Positions 46,959 through 57,533 of a stretch of DNA of 64,000 nucleotides are shown here, piece after piece. The position numbers were made by a program, and so were the translations under genes. The stretch's first letter is position 1; every line of letters begins with the position of its first letter. Source of the stretch: Candidatus Sumerlaeaceae bacterium (GTDB lineage: Bacteria > Sumerlaeota > Sumerlaeia > Sumerlaeales > Sumerlaeaceae); the NCBI GenBank assembly GCA_049968255.1, contig JBMFRB010000004.1, positions 228,986 to 292,985 of the forward strand, given 5' to 3'. The notes below the pieces were generated by a model. It worked only from the letters and a program-made list of their open reading frames with translations, was not told the origin of the DNA and did not search any database.

Positions 46959-49900
46959 TCAGTTGCCTAGTTGGAGGGTGATCCCCCTCAGCTGTTGGCC
47001 TGGGCCTATCCAGAAAGAGGGAAGAGCTAGCCACTGGCCGCCACCCACCAATGAGGAGTCAAAGTATAGAAGCTGGTGCGACCCGCTCATGACATGTCCG
47101 ATGATGAAATCACCGGACGAGTTCGTTGTCGCTTTACGAACAAGCGAGTAATAAACGTTGCGCGGAACCCCAAATCCGTCGAACACAGGCATAAGCTGCA
47201 CAGCGACGCCTGCAACTCCAGCACCCGCTGCGTTGCTCGCTTTACCGGCCACGTAGCTAGTTGGGAGTTCGAATAGCATCCTATTTTCGCCCCTCTGAAG
47301 GTATGCTGTTTGCCACACCGCATAGCTCGAAGCAGGTCCGTATCCTGTGGACCAGGCAAAGTACTGTCCGGGCGGCACCGAGTTGATCCGGAACTGAGCG
47401 TTGGTGAGACCGCCATCGTAGCGGATGTCCTCGATCACGTTTCCGTATTCGTCAAAAGGTTGCAAATGGACAGTTCCGCTGCGCACAACCCCTTGACCCG
47501 ATACCACCGAGCCGACAACGTTCGCGCTTGTCTCAAGTTGGAAGTTCTGCTCGGATGTTTCTCCAGCCACGATGTCCACTGGGCGAAAGACGTAAACGCG
47601 TCGGCCACTGACGTTAGCTTCCACCACCAACGGCCAGCGGCCCGGTCGCACGCCAAGCAAAAGATAGTTGCCGAAGGAATTTGTCCGCGTTTCTTTCGTA
47701 GGATAAACACCGCTGACGCGCACTTTTGCCCAGTTAACCCCGTAGCCATCCTCATCAAGCACGACCCCTTGCACGCTTCCGCCAGCTTCCAAATAAATGC
47801 GTCCAAGGTCGGTGGTCCCACGCTGACGCACGACAACTTGGTCAATCCTTGAGGAGATGTAATTCGGATGTTCGAGCTCTAACACGTAGGTGCCGGCGGC
47901 TGCCGTTCCCACGCGGAAGAAACCCGAGTAATCCGTGCGTGCCGTTAGGGCCGTCTGGCGCGCTTCCTCTTCGGTCTTCTCTGGATTTGCCAAGCGTACG
48001 GTCACGTCGTTGATAGGACGATCCGTTTCCGACGAGTAGACATACCCAATCACGCCGCCGGCTTGCTTCAGGCGAATTTTCGGAATGACGGTGCGCCGAG
48101 ACGGTCCGATCACAAGGTTTTCGTTCTGGAAAACTTCGTAGCCCTCTGCTGTGAGCGTGAAGGAATAAATCCCGCGTGGGATGTTCACGATGCGGAAAAA
48201 TCCGCGAGCGGAAAAACAGTCGCGGTCCAGGTTGAAGATAAAATCTTGTTTTGGGGAAGTGTCTCGACGCGACCTCAGCCGAATGTGGAAGTTGTCAACG
48301 GGTCGGTTATCCTCTCCCTCCACTGTTCCCACCGCACTGTTGTTGACGTCGCATTCGATCTCCAAATTTGTTGTCCCAGCCTTCACATCTAACCGGAAGA
48401 ATTCATAGTTTTGTTCCCCGTCTGGAGTTTTCAGCGGGAAATTGGCCCGCACGTCGAAAAGGCCGCGACCAAGATTCTTCAGCACGTAGTTTCCCAATTT
48501 GTCTGTCAGTGTTTCATCGCGGCCAGGGACGTATTTATGCGGAACAGCGCGCACCCGTGCATCAGCAATCGGTTTGCCCTCAAGCGTGATTAGACGTCCG
48601 GTGATCTGAAGACCCTCCACCAAAGTGAAGTTCACGTCCTCTTTGCGCTCCCCCTCAGCCAGCTGAAGACTACGGTAACCATCGACAAAGCCAGATTTTG
48701 AAACGCGGAGTCGCCCCTTGCCAGGCGTGCAGAAGCTAATGGAGTAAGACCCATCCGCGGCGGTCTGGACTGATCGCGGCTTGTATGACGGATCCATCGG
48801 AAATTCTTCGCTCGTGAACTCCACCTGTGCGTCAGCGATTGGGAGTTTGCGCTCATCCGTGACACGCCCCGAAACACTCGCGCCCGGGGTGAGGACAATT
48901 TGCGTCGAGGCATAGGGTTTCGACGCAGTGAGGTCAATGAGCTTACTTCGAGCTCGCGCGTAGCCTGTCTTTTGTGCGCTTGCATACAATTGCAGGTGCT
49001 CGCCAACATCAATGCCCCACAATTTGAAATAGCCGCTCGCATCGGTTTTCCCTTTCAAGCTATCCACATTGATGCGCCGTGGCGTGGTGGCTGAGACGAA
49101 GAGCTGCACCTCTGCGCCTTCCACACCTCGTCCCAAATGGTCCAAGACGAAGCCATCCACACTGCCGCCCCGGCCTAAGCGCAAACTAACGTCAGATTTG
49201 CGTTCGCCTGGCAAGAGCGTGAAGGTCTGCGCACTTGCACCGCTTGATGCGCTGGGAACGTAGCCTTGCGCCTCGGCCTGAAGTCGCACCAAACCCGCTG
49301 GCAGCGCCTGCAACTCGAAACCACCCGTCGCGTCCGTCACAGCACGGAACTCCCGTTTGCGCGGCTGAAGCAAACCGTAAGTGCATTCCGCGCGCACCTT
49401 TGCATTGCTAATGGGCGTGTCGCTTGCCGCATCCAATACCCGGCCCTTCACCAGGCACTTTTCATAAACTTCGAGAACAGCCTGCGGTGAAGGTTTGTCC
49501 CGCTCACATTTTATCCCCTCGAGCGGCTCGCTGGCGATATCGGGGCTAATGCAGAAAAGCTTGTAACTGCCATAGGGGAGTCTCACGAGTGCAAAAGCGC
49601 CTGTGGCATCTGATTTCGCTTCGCGCGTAACCGTTGTTCCTTTTATGCTGGCCTGAGCCGCGATAGTGATGGCAGCGGGCGTAGTTGGGCGATCAATAAA
49701 CACCGCAGCTCCCCGAATGGAAGCCCCTCGCTCGAGACGGCAAACTTGGCGCAAAGTCCCGGGCGAAACTAGGGGAAAGATAGCCGGCGCAAAATCTTGA
49801 TGCTCGACCGAAAGATCGTAGAAGCCCTCTGTCGCCAGTTTTTCGAAAGCAAATTCGCCTTTGCTGTTCGACAGACGTTTGTAGCGATCCTCATCCGGGA

Positions 49901-50831
49901 GCAAAACAGTTGGATATCCTAACGGTTTATACGCAGTCAGCCTAACTGTGGCGGAGGCTATCGGCGTGTCTTTTTCATCCGTCACAATTCCCGCGATTCG
50001 CCCGCTGCGACGAAGCACGAATTCTAGATCCTGCCTGGCTGTTTGCTCAGAGATCTCGAGATTCTGCACGAGTAGGTCGTAACCGCGACAGCGAACCTCA
50101 AAAATGTGCTCGCCCTGACCCACCCCTTTGAGCGTGAACGTTCCCTCGGTGTCGGTTTGCGAGCTTTTGTAAGTTGAGTCATCAAGATAGATGTTGCCAC
50201 CCGTGGCGACTTGTTCCAGTCGCTTACGCCGAGCGCTTACCGTGGCGCCGGTAACGGGGCGTCCCTCTTCGTCACGAACGATCCCATGGAGAGTTGCACC
50301 CAAAGGAAGAGTAAAAACAACCCTCTCGCGTTTCCGGTTCGCAGGCGGGGTGTAATCGGTTCGAATGAGAGGCACAAAGTCCGGATGGGCGACCAAAATG
50401 TCGTAACTCTGTACTTCGAGGTCTCGAAGCTCGAATTCGCCCGTCGGTCCGGTCTCGATTTCTATGGAAAAGTCACTGGTACCGCTCCGACGCAAACTGA
50501 TCCGAACACCTTTGATAGGGCGTAGCTGCTCATCAAGGACCTGACCGCACAGACTGAATCCCCAGTTTAGGGCTGTCGGCTGGGAAGGTGAGGAAAAAAC
50601 GGTTTGCGTCTCCGACGTGGCATCAGATTTCTTTGTCCGTTTTCCACTTATGATTTCACTAAGCCAGCCACGCAATCGATTAGAGCCTCGGCCAATGCGA
50701 TGGACAGTAGTGTCAGGAAGGTCAAGCCCATCAGCGTTTCCCCCCAGATAAAAAAGCCAGCTCGCCAATGCGGTCACGGCAATGACCCAAACAACTACCC
50801 ACAACCCCACTGGCTGTCCGCGCACGCGCAC
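46959..50831 (-). CDS. Large membrane-anchored protein with many tandem carboxypeptidase-regulatory-like (prealbumin-like) domains
   Basis: N-terminal TM helix, then about 12-13 units of G.V.D..G.P(I/V).GA.V ... TD..G.F.L ... G.Y.L. Confidence 0.85.
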   Translation of the reverse strand: MRVRGQPVGLWVVVWVIAVTALASWLFYLGGNADGLDLPDTTVHRIGRGSNRLRGWLSEIISGKRTKKSDATSETQTVFSSPSQPTALNWGFSLCGQVLDEQLRPIKGVRISLRRSGTSDFSIEIETGPTGEFELRDLEVQSYDILVAHPDFVPLIRTDYTPPANRKRERVVFTLPLGATLHGIVRDEEGRPVTGATVSARRKRLEQVATGGNIYLDDSTYKSSQTDTEGTFTLKGVGQGEHIFEVRCRGYDLLVQNLEISEQTARQDLEFVLRRSGRIAGIVTDEKDTPIASATVRLTAYKPLGYPTVLLPDEDRYKRLSNSKGEFAFEKLATEGFYDLSVEHQDFAPAIFPLVSPGTLRQVCRLERGASIRGAAVFIDRPTTPAAITIAAQASIKGTTVTREAKSDATGAFALVRLPYGSYKLFCISPDIASEPLEGIKCERDKPSPQAVLEVYEKCLVKGRVLDAASDTPISNAKVRAECTYGLLQPRKREFRAVTDATGGFELQALPAGLVRLQAEAQGYVPSASSGASAQTFTLLPGERKSDVSLRLGRGGSVDGFVLDHLGRGVEGAEVQLFVSATTPRRINVDSLKGKTDASGYFKLWGIDVGEHLQLYASAQKTGYARARSKLIDLTASKPYASTQIVLTPGASVSGRVTDERKLPIADAQVEFTSEEFPMDPSYKPRSVQTAADGSYSISFCTPGKGRLRVSKSGFVDGYRSLQLAEGERKEDVNFTLVEGLQITGRLITLEGKPIADARVRAVPHKYVPGRDETLTDKLGNYVLKNLGRGLFDVRANFPLKTPDGEQNYEFFRLDVKAGTTNLEIECDVNNSAVGTVEGEDNRPVDNFHIRLRSRRDTSPKQDFIFNLDRDCFSARGFFRIVNIPRGIYSFTLTAEGYEVFQNENLVIGPSRRTVIPKIRLKQAGGVIGYVYSSETDRPINDVTVRLANPEKTEEEARQTALTARTDYSGFFRVGTAAAGTYVLELEHPNYISSRIDQVVVRQRGTTDLGRIYLEAGGSVQGVVLDEDGYGVNWAKVRVSGVYPTKETRTNSFGNYLLLGVRPGRWPLVVEANVSGRRVYVFRPVDIVAGETSEQNFQLETSANVVGSVVSGQGVVRSGTVHLQPFDEYGNVIEDIRYDGGLTNAQFRINSVPPGQYFAWSTGYGPASSYAVWQTAYLQRGENRMLFELPTSYVAGKASNAAGAGVAGVAVQLMPVFDGFGVPRNVYYSLVRKATTNSSGDFIIGHVMSGSHQLLYFDSSLVGGGQWLALPSFWIGPGQQLRGITLQLGN

Positions 50832-51043
50832 TGTCGATTGTTTCTACCCCTCGCGCAAGTATGAAAATCAGACAAAAGTCTACATTCGCCCGAGATGCAG
50901 CAAAAACCATGCGAAACTTTTTGGCTGAACACTACCACTAACTGGTAAAATGTAACAACCTGCACTAATGGCTGTTAGCTTAGCCAGCTTAATGTTTAGC
51001 TTGATGCGCGACGGCGCGTGCATCCCTGATTCTGTGTTCGCGC

Positions 51044-52126
51044 TCATTCCAGGGTTTTGAGCTTTTGCGCTTGCTCCTCCAAAATAAGTGCATCGATGAG
51101 CGAATCCAGGTCGCCCTCCATGATTCGATCGAGGCAGTAGAGGGTGAGGTTGATTCGGTGATCCGTCACCCTGTTTTGGGGAAAGTTATAGGTGCGGATA
51201 CGCTCCGAACGATCGCCGCTCCCAACCATCTTGCGTCGGGTTTCTGCGAGTTCGCGCTGCTGGCGCTGCGACTCAATCTCGAAGAGCCGAGCTCGGAGCA
51301 CCTTGAGCGCTTTGGCCTTGTTCTTGTGTTGCGATTTTTCGTCCTGGCAAGTCACGACGAGCCCTGTTGGCAAATGTGTAACCCGCACCGCACTGTCTGT
51401 CGTATTTACGCTTTGGCCACCAGGGCCGCTGCTGCGAAAGACATCAATTTTTAGATCCTCCGGTTTGATTTCAATTTCCACTTCCTCAGCCTCAGGCAAC
51501 ACCGCCACTGTCGCGGCGCTTGTGTGAATGCGGCCTTGCGCCTCAGTTTCTGGCACTCGCTGAACGCGATGCGTTCCAGCTTCGAATTTCATCCGGCTGT
51601 AAACTTGGTCGCCTTCGATCGCGAAAATGACTTCCTTAAAACCATCCAACCCCGTTTCATTGGAGCTGAGGAGTTCAACCTTCCACCCCTTTGACTCAGC
51701 GTATTTTGTATACATTCGGAACAAGTCCGCTGCAAATAGCGCTGCTTCCTCTCCGCCTGTGCCAGCGCGAATCTCGACAATGATGTTCTTTTCATCGAGA
51801 GGGTCTTTGGGTAGCAACAAAAGGCGCAGTTCATGCAAAAGTTTTTCGCGGCGCTCTTCGAGTTCACTAAGCTCGGCTCGCGCAAGGTCTGCTAGCTCTG
51901 GATCGGCGTCGTGCGCTAACGTCTCCGCCTGGGCAATTTCATCCTCGATCGCTTGAAGGTCTCTGTACTTGTTGACGATCCGTCCAAGTTCCGTGTGAAG
52001 CTTTGAATGCTTTTTCAGCTGTTCGGGATCGCTCAGCACAGTAGGATCGCTCAGCGCCGCTTCTACAGAAGCGAATCTGGCTTCAATATCTTTTAGTCTG
52101 TCTCGAATGTCTATCACAGTGCTCAT
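51044..52126 (-). CDS. prfA: Peptide chain release factor 1
   Basis: [16 protein letters not shown]1 PxT motif [21 protein letters not shown] and RTYNFPQ. Confidence 0.98.
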   Translation of the reverse strand: MSTVIDIRDRLKDIEARFASVEAALSDPTVLSDPEQLKKHSKLHTELGRIVNKYRDLQAIEDEIAQAETLAHDADPELADLARAELSELEERREKLLHELRLLLLPKDPLDEKNIIVEIRAGTGGEEAALFAADLFRMYTKYAESKGWKVELLSSNETGLDGFKEVIFAIEGDQVYSRMKFEAGTHRVQRVPETEAQGRIHTSAATVAVLPEAEEVEIEIKPEDLKIDVFRSSGPGGQSVNTTDSAVRVTHLPTGLVVTCQDEKSQHKNKAKALKVLRARLFEIESQRQQRELAETRRKMVGSGDRSERIRTYNFPQNRVTDHRINLTLYCLDRIMEGDLDSLIDALILEEQAQKLKTLE

Positions 52127-52244
52127 TGCGTCGTCGTCATAATCCAGGATTTTGACCTGATCGATTCATCAGGCAAGCGCTTCAGCCGCTTTGCTACTCT
52201 TGTTGACTCTGGGCTCACATCATTCGCAATTACTACTCGGAAAT

Positions 52245-53432
52245 ATGCGGCACAAGAAGCGAAAACGTGAAGCACCAGGCGCACTTATTTTTGTTTTCCG
52301 TAAGCCGACCTGGCATTGGGGCTTGCCGCTTTTCTTGTTGGTGTTAGTGTGGGCCACCTTCACGTTGTATAATTACACCCCTACGATAAAACTCCAGGCG
52401 AATTACTGGCCGTTTGTTCGAAATCATATCCTGAACTTGTGGCGACAGGGGTATACTCCCGGACGCCTGTTCCCTTACTGCGTTGCAGTGAGCCTCGTCC
52501 TATTGGTCGCTATCTATCGTGGGCGTTACAAGATCACGATCACGGAAGATGGAGTGATCGTGCAGTCACCGCTCGGAGAACCGCGTATCCTGCGTTGGGT
52601 TGACGTGGATGAAGTTTACATTCTGCGGATCCGCTATCCGCTCGAAGGAGTCCAGCGTGAACAACGAAAACTCATCCTTTACCAGAAAAAGCGATACCGG
52701 TGGGTTCCATGGCGTGACAAGCTGGTCATCACAAACTGGCAGCTCGACGGGTACCGACAAGCGGAGCGCTTAGCTGTTCAAATTGCAGTTCCTGCAATTG
52801 CGGAACGTTTGCGGGCCCGATTGATGCGTGACGGGGGAAAGGTCGAGTTTGGCAAGCCCTCGCTATGGCAGGATCTGGTGGCCGTCTCGCTGTTTGCCCT
52901 TGGCATTGCAGCTTCCGTCATTGTTGTTCGCATGTGGCGGGCACAAGCGTGGGATTACGCTGCGGCTTTTGCAACTCTGGCCGTTGTAGCCATTTTTGCC
53001 GGAGCTGGACAGTTTCGACGCCGCTGGTATCGTGTGGATGCGGAGCACCTCTACGTCATCCGTCGTGGGTTGCCCACGCTCAAAATTCCGCTACTCTGGC
53101 TTCGCGAAGCTTTCGTCTCGAAAGGAGTGATGAAGCTCACAGCAATTCCGCCCCACACTGAGCAGCGAAAAACTACTATCAAGGACAAAAACTTCTTTCG
53201 CAACCGCGGCGTCATGCTCGCGCTTATTCGCCTGCTGGTGGCAGATTCACTACTAAAGGCCCAGCTTGCCAAGGCTGAGCAACCTCCCAAGCTGGCTGAT
53301 AAGGAGAAAGATTCTTCAGGAGTTGTCGCAATCGAGAATGCTCATCAGGAGTTAGCCACACAGCAGTTTAGACCGACGAGTTTAGAAAGTGGAGAACTAC
53401 CTCGACTCACGAATGAAGAACTCGATGCCTGA
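52245..53432 (+). CDS. Hypothetical membrane protein with two bacterial PH-like regions
   Basis: Two TM hairpins, each followed by a PH-like pattern (ITITEDGVIVQSPLG...LRWVDV; YRVDAEHLYVIR...IPL); ATG at 52245 preferred. Confidence 0.65.
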   Translation: MRHKKRKREAPGALIFVFRKPTWHWGLPLFLLVLVWATFTLYNYTPTIKLQANYWPFVRNHILNLWRQGYTPGRLFPYCVAVSLVLLVAIYRGRYKITITEDGVIVQSPLGEPRILRWVDVDEVYILRIRYPLEGVQREQRKLILYQKKRYRWVPWRDKLVITNWQLDGYRQAERLAVQIAVPAIAERLRARLMRDGGKVEFGKPSLWQDLVAVSLFALGIAASVIVVRMWRAQAWDYAAAFATLAVVAIFAGAGQFRRRWYRVDAEHLYVIRRGLPTLKIPLLWLREAFVSKGVMKLTAIPPHTEQRKTTIKDKNFFRNRGVMLALIRLLVADSLLKAQLAKAEQPPKLADKEKDSSGVVAIENAHQELATQQFRPTSLESGELPRLTNEELDA

Positions 53433-53453
53433 CGACCACCATGTGGTGAAGAA

Positions 53454-54419
53454 CTAGGCATCGCGGGGAACGGCAAGCATCCGTTCGATGGCAAGACGGG
53501 CACGGTTGGCGACTTCTTTATCGACCTCCACTTCGAAAATCTCCTCGCGAAGAGAACGCTCAACTTCCACGAGCGTGATTGTCTTCATGTATGGACAATT
53601 CAGGCGGCAACCAATACAACCGTCGGCAAGGATGAACTCCTTATCAGGATAACGCTTCTTGAGTTGATGAAGAATGCCATTCTCCGTGGCAATGATGAAA
53701 CGTTTTCGGTCGGCAAATCGCGCGACCGCTTGAATCATCCCGCTGGTGGAGCACACCACATCAGCCATTGCGATAATATCCTCCCGACATTCCGGGTGTG
53801 CAATGAGAACAGCGTCCGGCACCAGCTCGCGAACCTTTTTCACATTCGCTCCACGCAACACGTCGTGCACAGGGCAGCAGCCGTCGTAGATAACAATCTC
53901 TTTCTCAGGTACCTGCTTTGCCACCCAGTTACCAAGGTTGCGATCGGGAGTAAAAAGAATCTTTTCCGACGGAACGCATCGGACCACGGAGACTGCGTTC
54001 GCAGAAGTGCAGCAGATGTCGCTCATCGCTTTAACTTCCGCGGTGGAATTAATATAGGTCACCACATAGTGATCTGGATAGCGCAGCTTCCACTCATCAA
54101 GACTCTCTGGCGTAATTGAGTCCGCAAGCGAGCAGCCTGCCGCTAAATTGGGAAGAAGAACTTTCTTTTCGGGGTTCAGGATTTTTGCGGTCTCAGCCAT
54201 GAAGTGGACGCCGCAAAAGACGATGATGTCCGCATTGGTTTTTGTTGCCTCGACAGCGAGCCCAAGGGAATCACCGACATGATCGGCAATTTCCTGCACT
54301 TCGGGAACTTGATAATTGTGAGCGAGGATGACAGCATTTTTTTTCCGAACAAGCTCCCGAATCTCGGCTGCTAGCTCTTGTTGCTCGCGCTGGGCGATTG
54401 CAGCGCTGGACATTTGCAT
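53454..54419 (-). CDS. nadA: Quinolinate synthase NadA
   Basis: ILAHNYQ, GDSLGL, FCGVHFMAETAKIL, AGCSLA, YINS, CTSANA, GCCPVH, AHPEC and CPYMK; start at 54419 or 54413. Confidence 0.97.
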   Translation of the reverse strand: MQMSSAAIAQREQQELAAEIRELVRKKNAVILAHNYQVPEVQEIADHVGDSLGLAVEATKTNADIIVFCGVHFMAETAKILNPEKKVLLPNLAAGCSLADSITPESLDEWKLRYPDHYVVTYINSTAEVKAMSDICCTSANAVSVVRCVPSEKILFTPDRNLGNWVAKQVPEKEIVIYDGCCPVHDVLRGANVKKVRELVPDAVLIAHPECREDIIAMADVVCSTSGMIQAVARFADRKRFIIATENGILHQLKKRYPDKEFILADGCIGCRLNCPYMKTITLVEVERSLREEIFEVEVDKEVANRARLAIERMLAVPRDA

Positions 54420-54608
54420 CCCTCGCTTCCGAACCTGTTTTGTTCTCTTCCTGCTCTTTCCTGTGCTACTTGGCATTTCTATGGTTATTCGCTGGTGGGA
54501 GGGTAAGGAATTTTCGTGGTGCTTTCGCAATTGAGCGTGTCAGCAAGCATCAGTTGATTCGTCAAATGGTAGAAATGCGAGGCCGACATTTTATAGGGGA
54601 GCGCACGC

Positions 54609-55937
54609 GTGCACGCAGCTAAACCAACGTGGCCGTACTGGGCCCTTGCCCTGCTACCTCCCGTTTTTCTCGTTGTTTGTTTAGCAAGATGGTTTGTGCA
54701 CGTGCCTTATCTCGATCAATGGTGGCTGCTGCCGCTCGTAGTGGCGCAAAGAGAAGGCACGTTAGTATTTGCAGAAATTTGGCATCAGAACGCCGAGCAT
54801 CGTCTCTTCTTCCCAAAGATCATCATGCTGTTCCTTGCGCGATGTTCTGACTGGGATTTACGTTGGGAAATTGGAGCGAATCTGTTTTTCAGTTTGTCCG
54901 CCTTTGGCGTTGTTCTCCTGCAGCTACGCCGCACTGAGAAGCTGACTCGATCCCACACGCAACCCATTTTCTATCCGCTTATTTCCTTTGTCCTCTTCAG
55001 CTTGGCCCCCTTCGAGAATTGGCTCTGGTCATGGCAGATGCCATATTTTCTCATCCAGTTCTGCCTGGTTGTCCTCGCTTATGGATTGGGGATGAACCAA
55101 AAACGAGTTTTGTCGTGGGGCCTCGCCATTACAAGTGCTACTGTGGCAAGTCTCTCCTTTGCCACGGGGGTGGCTGTCTGGTTTTCAGGGGCGGGCGTGA
55201 TCCTTCTCACAGCTCCGAAGAGACGCGTTTGGCGTTTTTTGCTGCTTTGGATGCTGTGGGGCAGTATCGTCGTTGCGCTCTATTCCGTCGGTTACCAATT
55301 TCTCCGCTGGAATGACCCGGTAGCGGCGATAACGCGTGTTACGCACCTTATCGGTTACGTCTTCGTTTATCTTGGCGCCGCTCTTGTCCCTACTCACTGG
55401 ATTAATGCGGCTGGTGTACTCGGGGCGTCTTATCTCATTCTCTTTTTCACGCTTTGGGCTATCGCACTTCGTTCGCCAGTTAGGCGTCGCCTTGCTATGG
55501 CCCCTTACCTCGGCTGGATGACGTTTGCCATAGGGGCGGCGCTCCTCACTGCTGCAGGCCGCTCAAATGTTCACGAGATTGTGCAAGCTATGACTCCCCG
55601 CTACATCACCTTCACACAATTGGGATGGTTGGGCGGAGTTCTTGCCCTCAACGTGGGGCGCAAGACCATCCCTACAAACCGATCACTCAGAAGCAAAGCG
55701 ATAGTGCTCGCACAACTTGCCATCAGTGTCGGTTTCGCTGTCGCGTATGCAAACGGCCTCCAAGGAATGAAGTGGCTCAGTGGTGAAATTCGCCAAGGAC
55801 GCGACGCACTCATAACGACGCAAGAGCTTCGCGCGATAAGAAAGCTTTACGTCGTTCCGGAGCAACTACGCGATGAGTTTCTTCCACTCATGACAAAGTA
55901 TCGTCTCGGCCCTTTCGCACGAGAAACGCGGCATTAG
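54609..55937 (+). CDS. Polytopic membrane protein, GT-C-like
   Basis: VPYLDQW and NAEHRLFFPK motifs in the first loop, about 11 TM segments, late PRY motif. Confidence 0.6.
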   Translation: MHAAKPTWPYWALALLPPVFLVVCLARWFVHVPYLDQWWLLPLVVAQREGTLVFAEIWHQNAEHRLFFPKIIMLFLARCSDWDLRWEIGANLFFSLSAFGVVLLQLRRTEKLTRSHTQPIFYPLISFVLFSLAPFENWLWSWQMPYFLIQFCLVVLAYGLGMNQKRVLSWGLAITSATVASLSFATGVAVWFSGAGVILLTAPKRRVWRFLLLWMLWGSIVVALYSVGYQFLRWNDPVAAITRVTHLIGYVFVYLGAALVPTHWINAAGVLGASYLILFFTLWAIALRSPVRRRLAMAPYLGWMTFAIGAALLTAAGRSNVHEIVQAMTPRYITFTQLGWLGGVLALNVGRKTIPTNRSLRSKAIVLAQLAISVGFAVAYANGLQGMKWLSGEIRQGRDALITTQELRAIRKLYVVPEQLRDEFLPLMTKYRLGPFARETRH

Positions 55938-57217
55938 ATGCTCGCCACCTGGGCTTCTGACGCTCCACCGGGACGTTCGATGGCGACGACGGCCACTTGC
56001 CCTCCGAATCCTAACGCCAGTTTCAAAAATTTACTCACTTGTTTACACTCTCCCGATGGCGCAACGAATCGCACGCGAAACTCCGGATCTGGGTCATCGA
56101 GTCCAAAGGTCGGCGGGATGAATCCAGCGTCGAGAGCCAGAAGCGCAAGCGCAAGTTCCACGCTCGCACTTGCGCCCAACAGATGCCCAATGTGGCCTTT
56201 GAAGCTCGACAATAGAGGCTGTTCAGCTCCGAAAATTCTTTCGATGAGCATCGCCTCAGCACGGTCATTCAAAGGAGTACCCGTTCCGTGCGCGTTGATA
56301 TACTCGACGTCCTTCGGTTGCCATTGGGCCTTTCTTAGAGTATTGCAAATAGAGAATTCCGCTGTCTCAGATCCTGGTTCGACCGCCGTAATGTGGTAGG
56401 CCTCAGACCGAAAGTCACCGCCCCGAATAATGCCGAGAGCTCTTGCTCCCCGTGCGAGCGCGTGGGGGAGGGATTCGAGCACAAACACGGCGGCTCCTTC
56501 GCCGGCGTTAAAGCCACTTCGCTCGCGGTGAAAAGGGCGACAACGATCGGATGAAAACGCTCCCATATTGACAAATCCAGCCATCGCGACAGCATTTCTG
56601 GTGCATTCCGCGCTTCCCGCCAGGACGACATCCGCAATGCCGTCGCGGATCAGGCTGGCGCCCAGTAGGACAGAGACCAGTCCCGTCGCACACGCAGCGC
56701 TTACAGAAAGGACAGGGCCGCAAAAACCATGAATCTGCGCCAGCCAGTGGCCAAGGGTGTCTGCGAAAAAACTCTCAACCAACGCACCAACGTTCTGGTC
56801 GCCTGAGTTTCTGGCGACATCATGATACAAACGTCGATGCTCTTCTAAGTAGCACCGAAGGAAGCCCTTACTGCTGCTTACCGTCGAGGCGACCCGCTCA
56901 ACACAGCAGTGATTGTCAATGACGAGACGTGCTTGCTCCAGGGCAGCTCTTGTGGCCCATAGGCCGTAAAGCAGGCCGGGATCAGTTTTGGCAGCCTGCT
57001 GCTTAGCCTCCGGTAACCGGGCAAGTAGCTCCTGGGCATCCCGGAAGAATTCATTAGGAACAAGGCCAAAAAAGACCTCTGCGTCCAACCCAATGTCAGT
57101 AAGCCTAAGGGATGTTTCATTGTCACGTAACGCAGCGATCACTTGGCCGTGCCTATAGCCCAATGGGCACACCACTCCTACTCCGGTGATTGCAACTGGG
57201 GCGTTTTCTCGTGACAT
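55934..57217 (-). CDS. Beta-ketoacyl-ACP synthase (FabF-like), divergent
   Basis: VAITGVG, catalytic Cys in SAACATG, CRPF, GEGAA, INAHGTGT, KGHIGH and GFGG; start moved to the ATG at 57217. Confidence 0.88.
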   Translation of the reverse strand: MSRENAPVAITGVGVVCPLGYRHGQVIAALRDNETSLRLTDIGLDAEVFFGLVPNEFFRDAQELLARLPEAKQQAAKTDPGLLYGLWATRAALEQARLVIDNHCCVERVASTVSSSKGFLRCYLEEHRRLYHDVARNSGDQNVGALVESFFADTLGHWLAQIHGFCGPVLSVSAACATGLVSVLLGASLIRDGIADVVLAGSAECTRNAVAMAGFVNMGAFSSDRCRPFHRERSGFNAGEGAAVFVLESLPHALARGARALGIIRGGDFRSEAYHITAVEPGSETAEFSICNTLRKAQWQPKDVEYINAHGTGTPLNDRAEAMLIERIFGAEQPLLSSFKGHIGHLLGASASVELALALLALDAGFIPPTFGLDDPDPEFRVRFVAPSGECKQVSKFLKLALGFGGQVAVVAIERPGGASEAQVASI

Positions 57218-57303
57218 GATTTTTCCATCTGCGATGAGAGACTTTGCTCCGGTGTGGCAGTCTAACTTTCTCGCAATACGGCCACTCAAGGACATTAGAA
57301 GGA

Positions 57304-57379
57304 TGGTGGAGGTAAGGGGATTCGAACCCCTGACCTATACGTTGCGAACGTATCGCTCTCCCAACTGAGCTATACCCCC
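57304..57379 (-). tRNA. tRNA-Ala (CGC)
   Basis: Minus strand GGGGGTATAGCTCAGTTGGGAGAGC-G-ATACG TTCGCAA CGTAT...GGTTCGAATCC...CCA; G3:U70 pair. Confidence 0.96.
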
Positions 57380-57533
57380 ACCAATAGGCATTTTCCTATA
57401 CCAAAAGATGACTGGCGTTATTCTTCGCGGTCCCACCCCGTGAGCTGTCACTTGGTGGATTGTCGGTGTTTTGCGCTGCATGCAGCAGCTCTCTGCGCGC
57501 CCACTGTGTGAGGCATGCCAAAAAAAGCTCTTT

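Noticed and set aside
46498-47151. Short ORFs spanning the tRNA-Thr/tRNA-Arg genes (likewise 9036-9377, 24467-24871, 57186-57368)
   Set aside because: Translations of tRNA sequence, not genes
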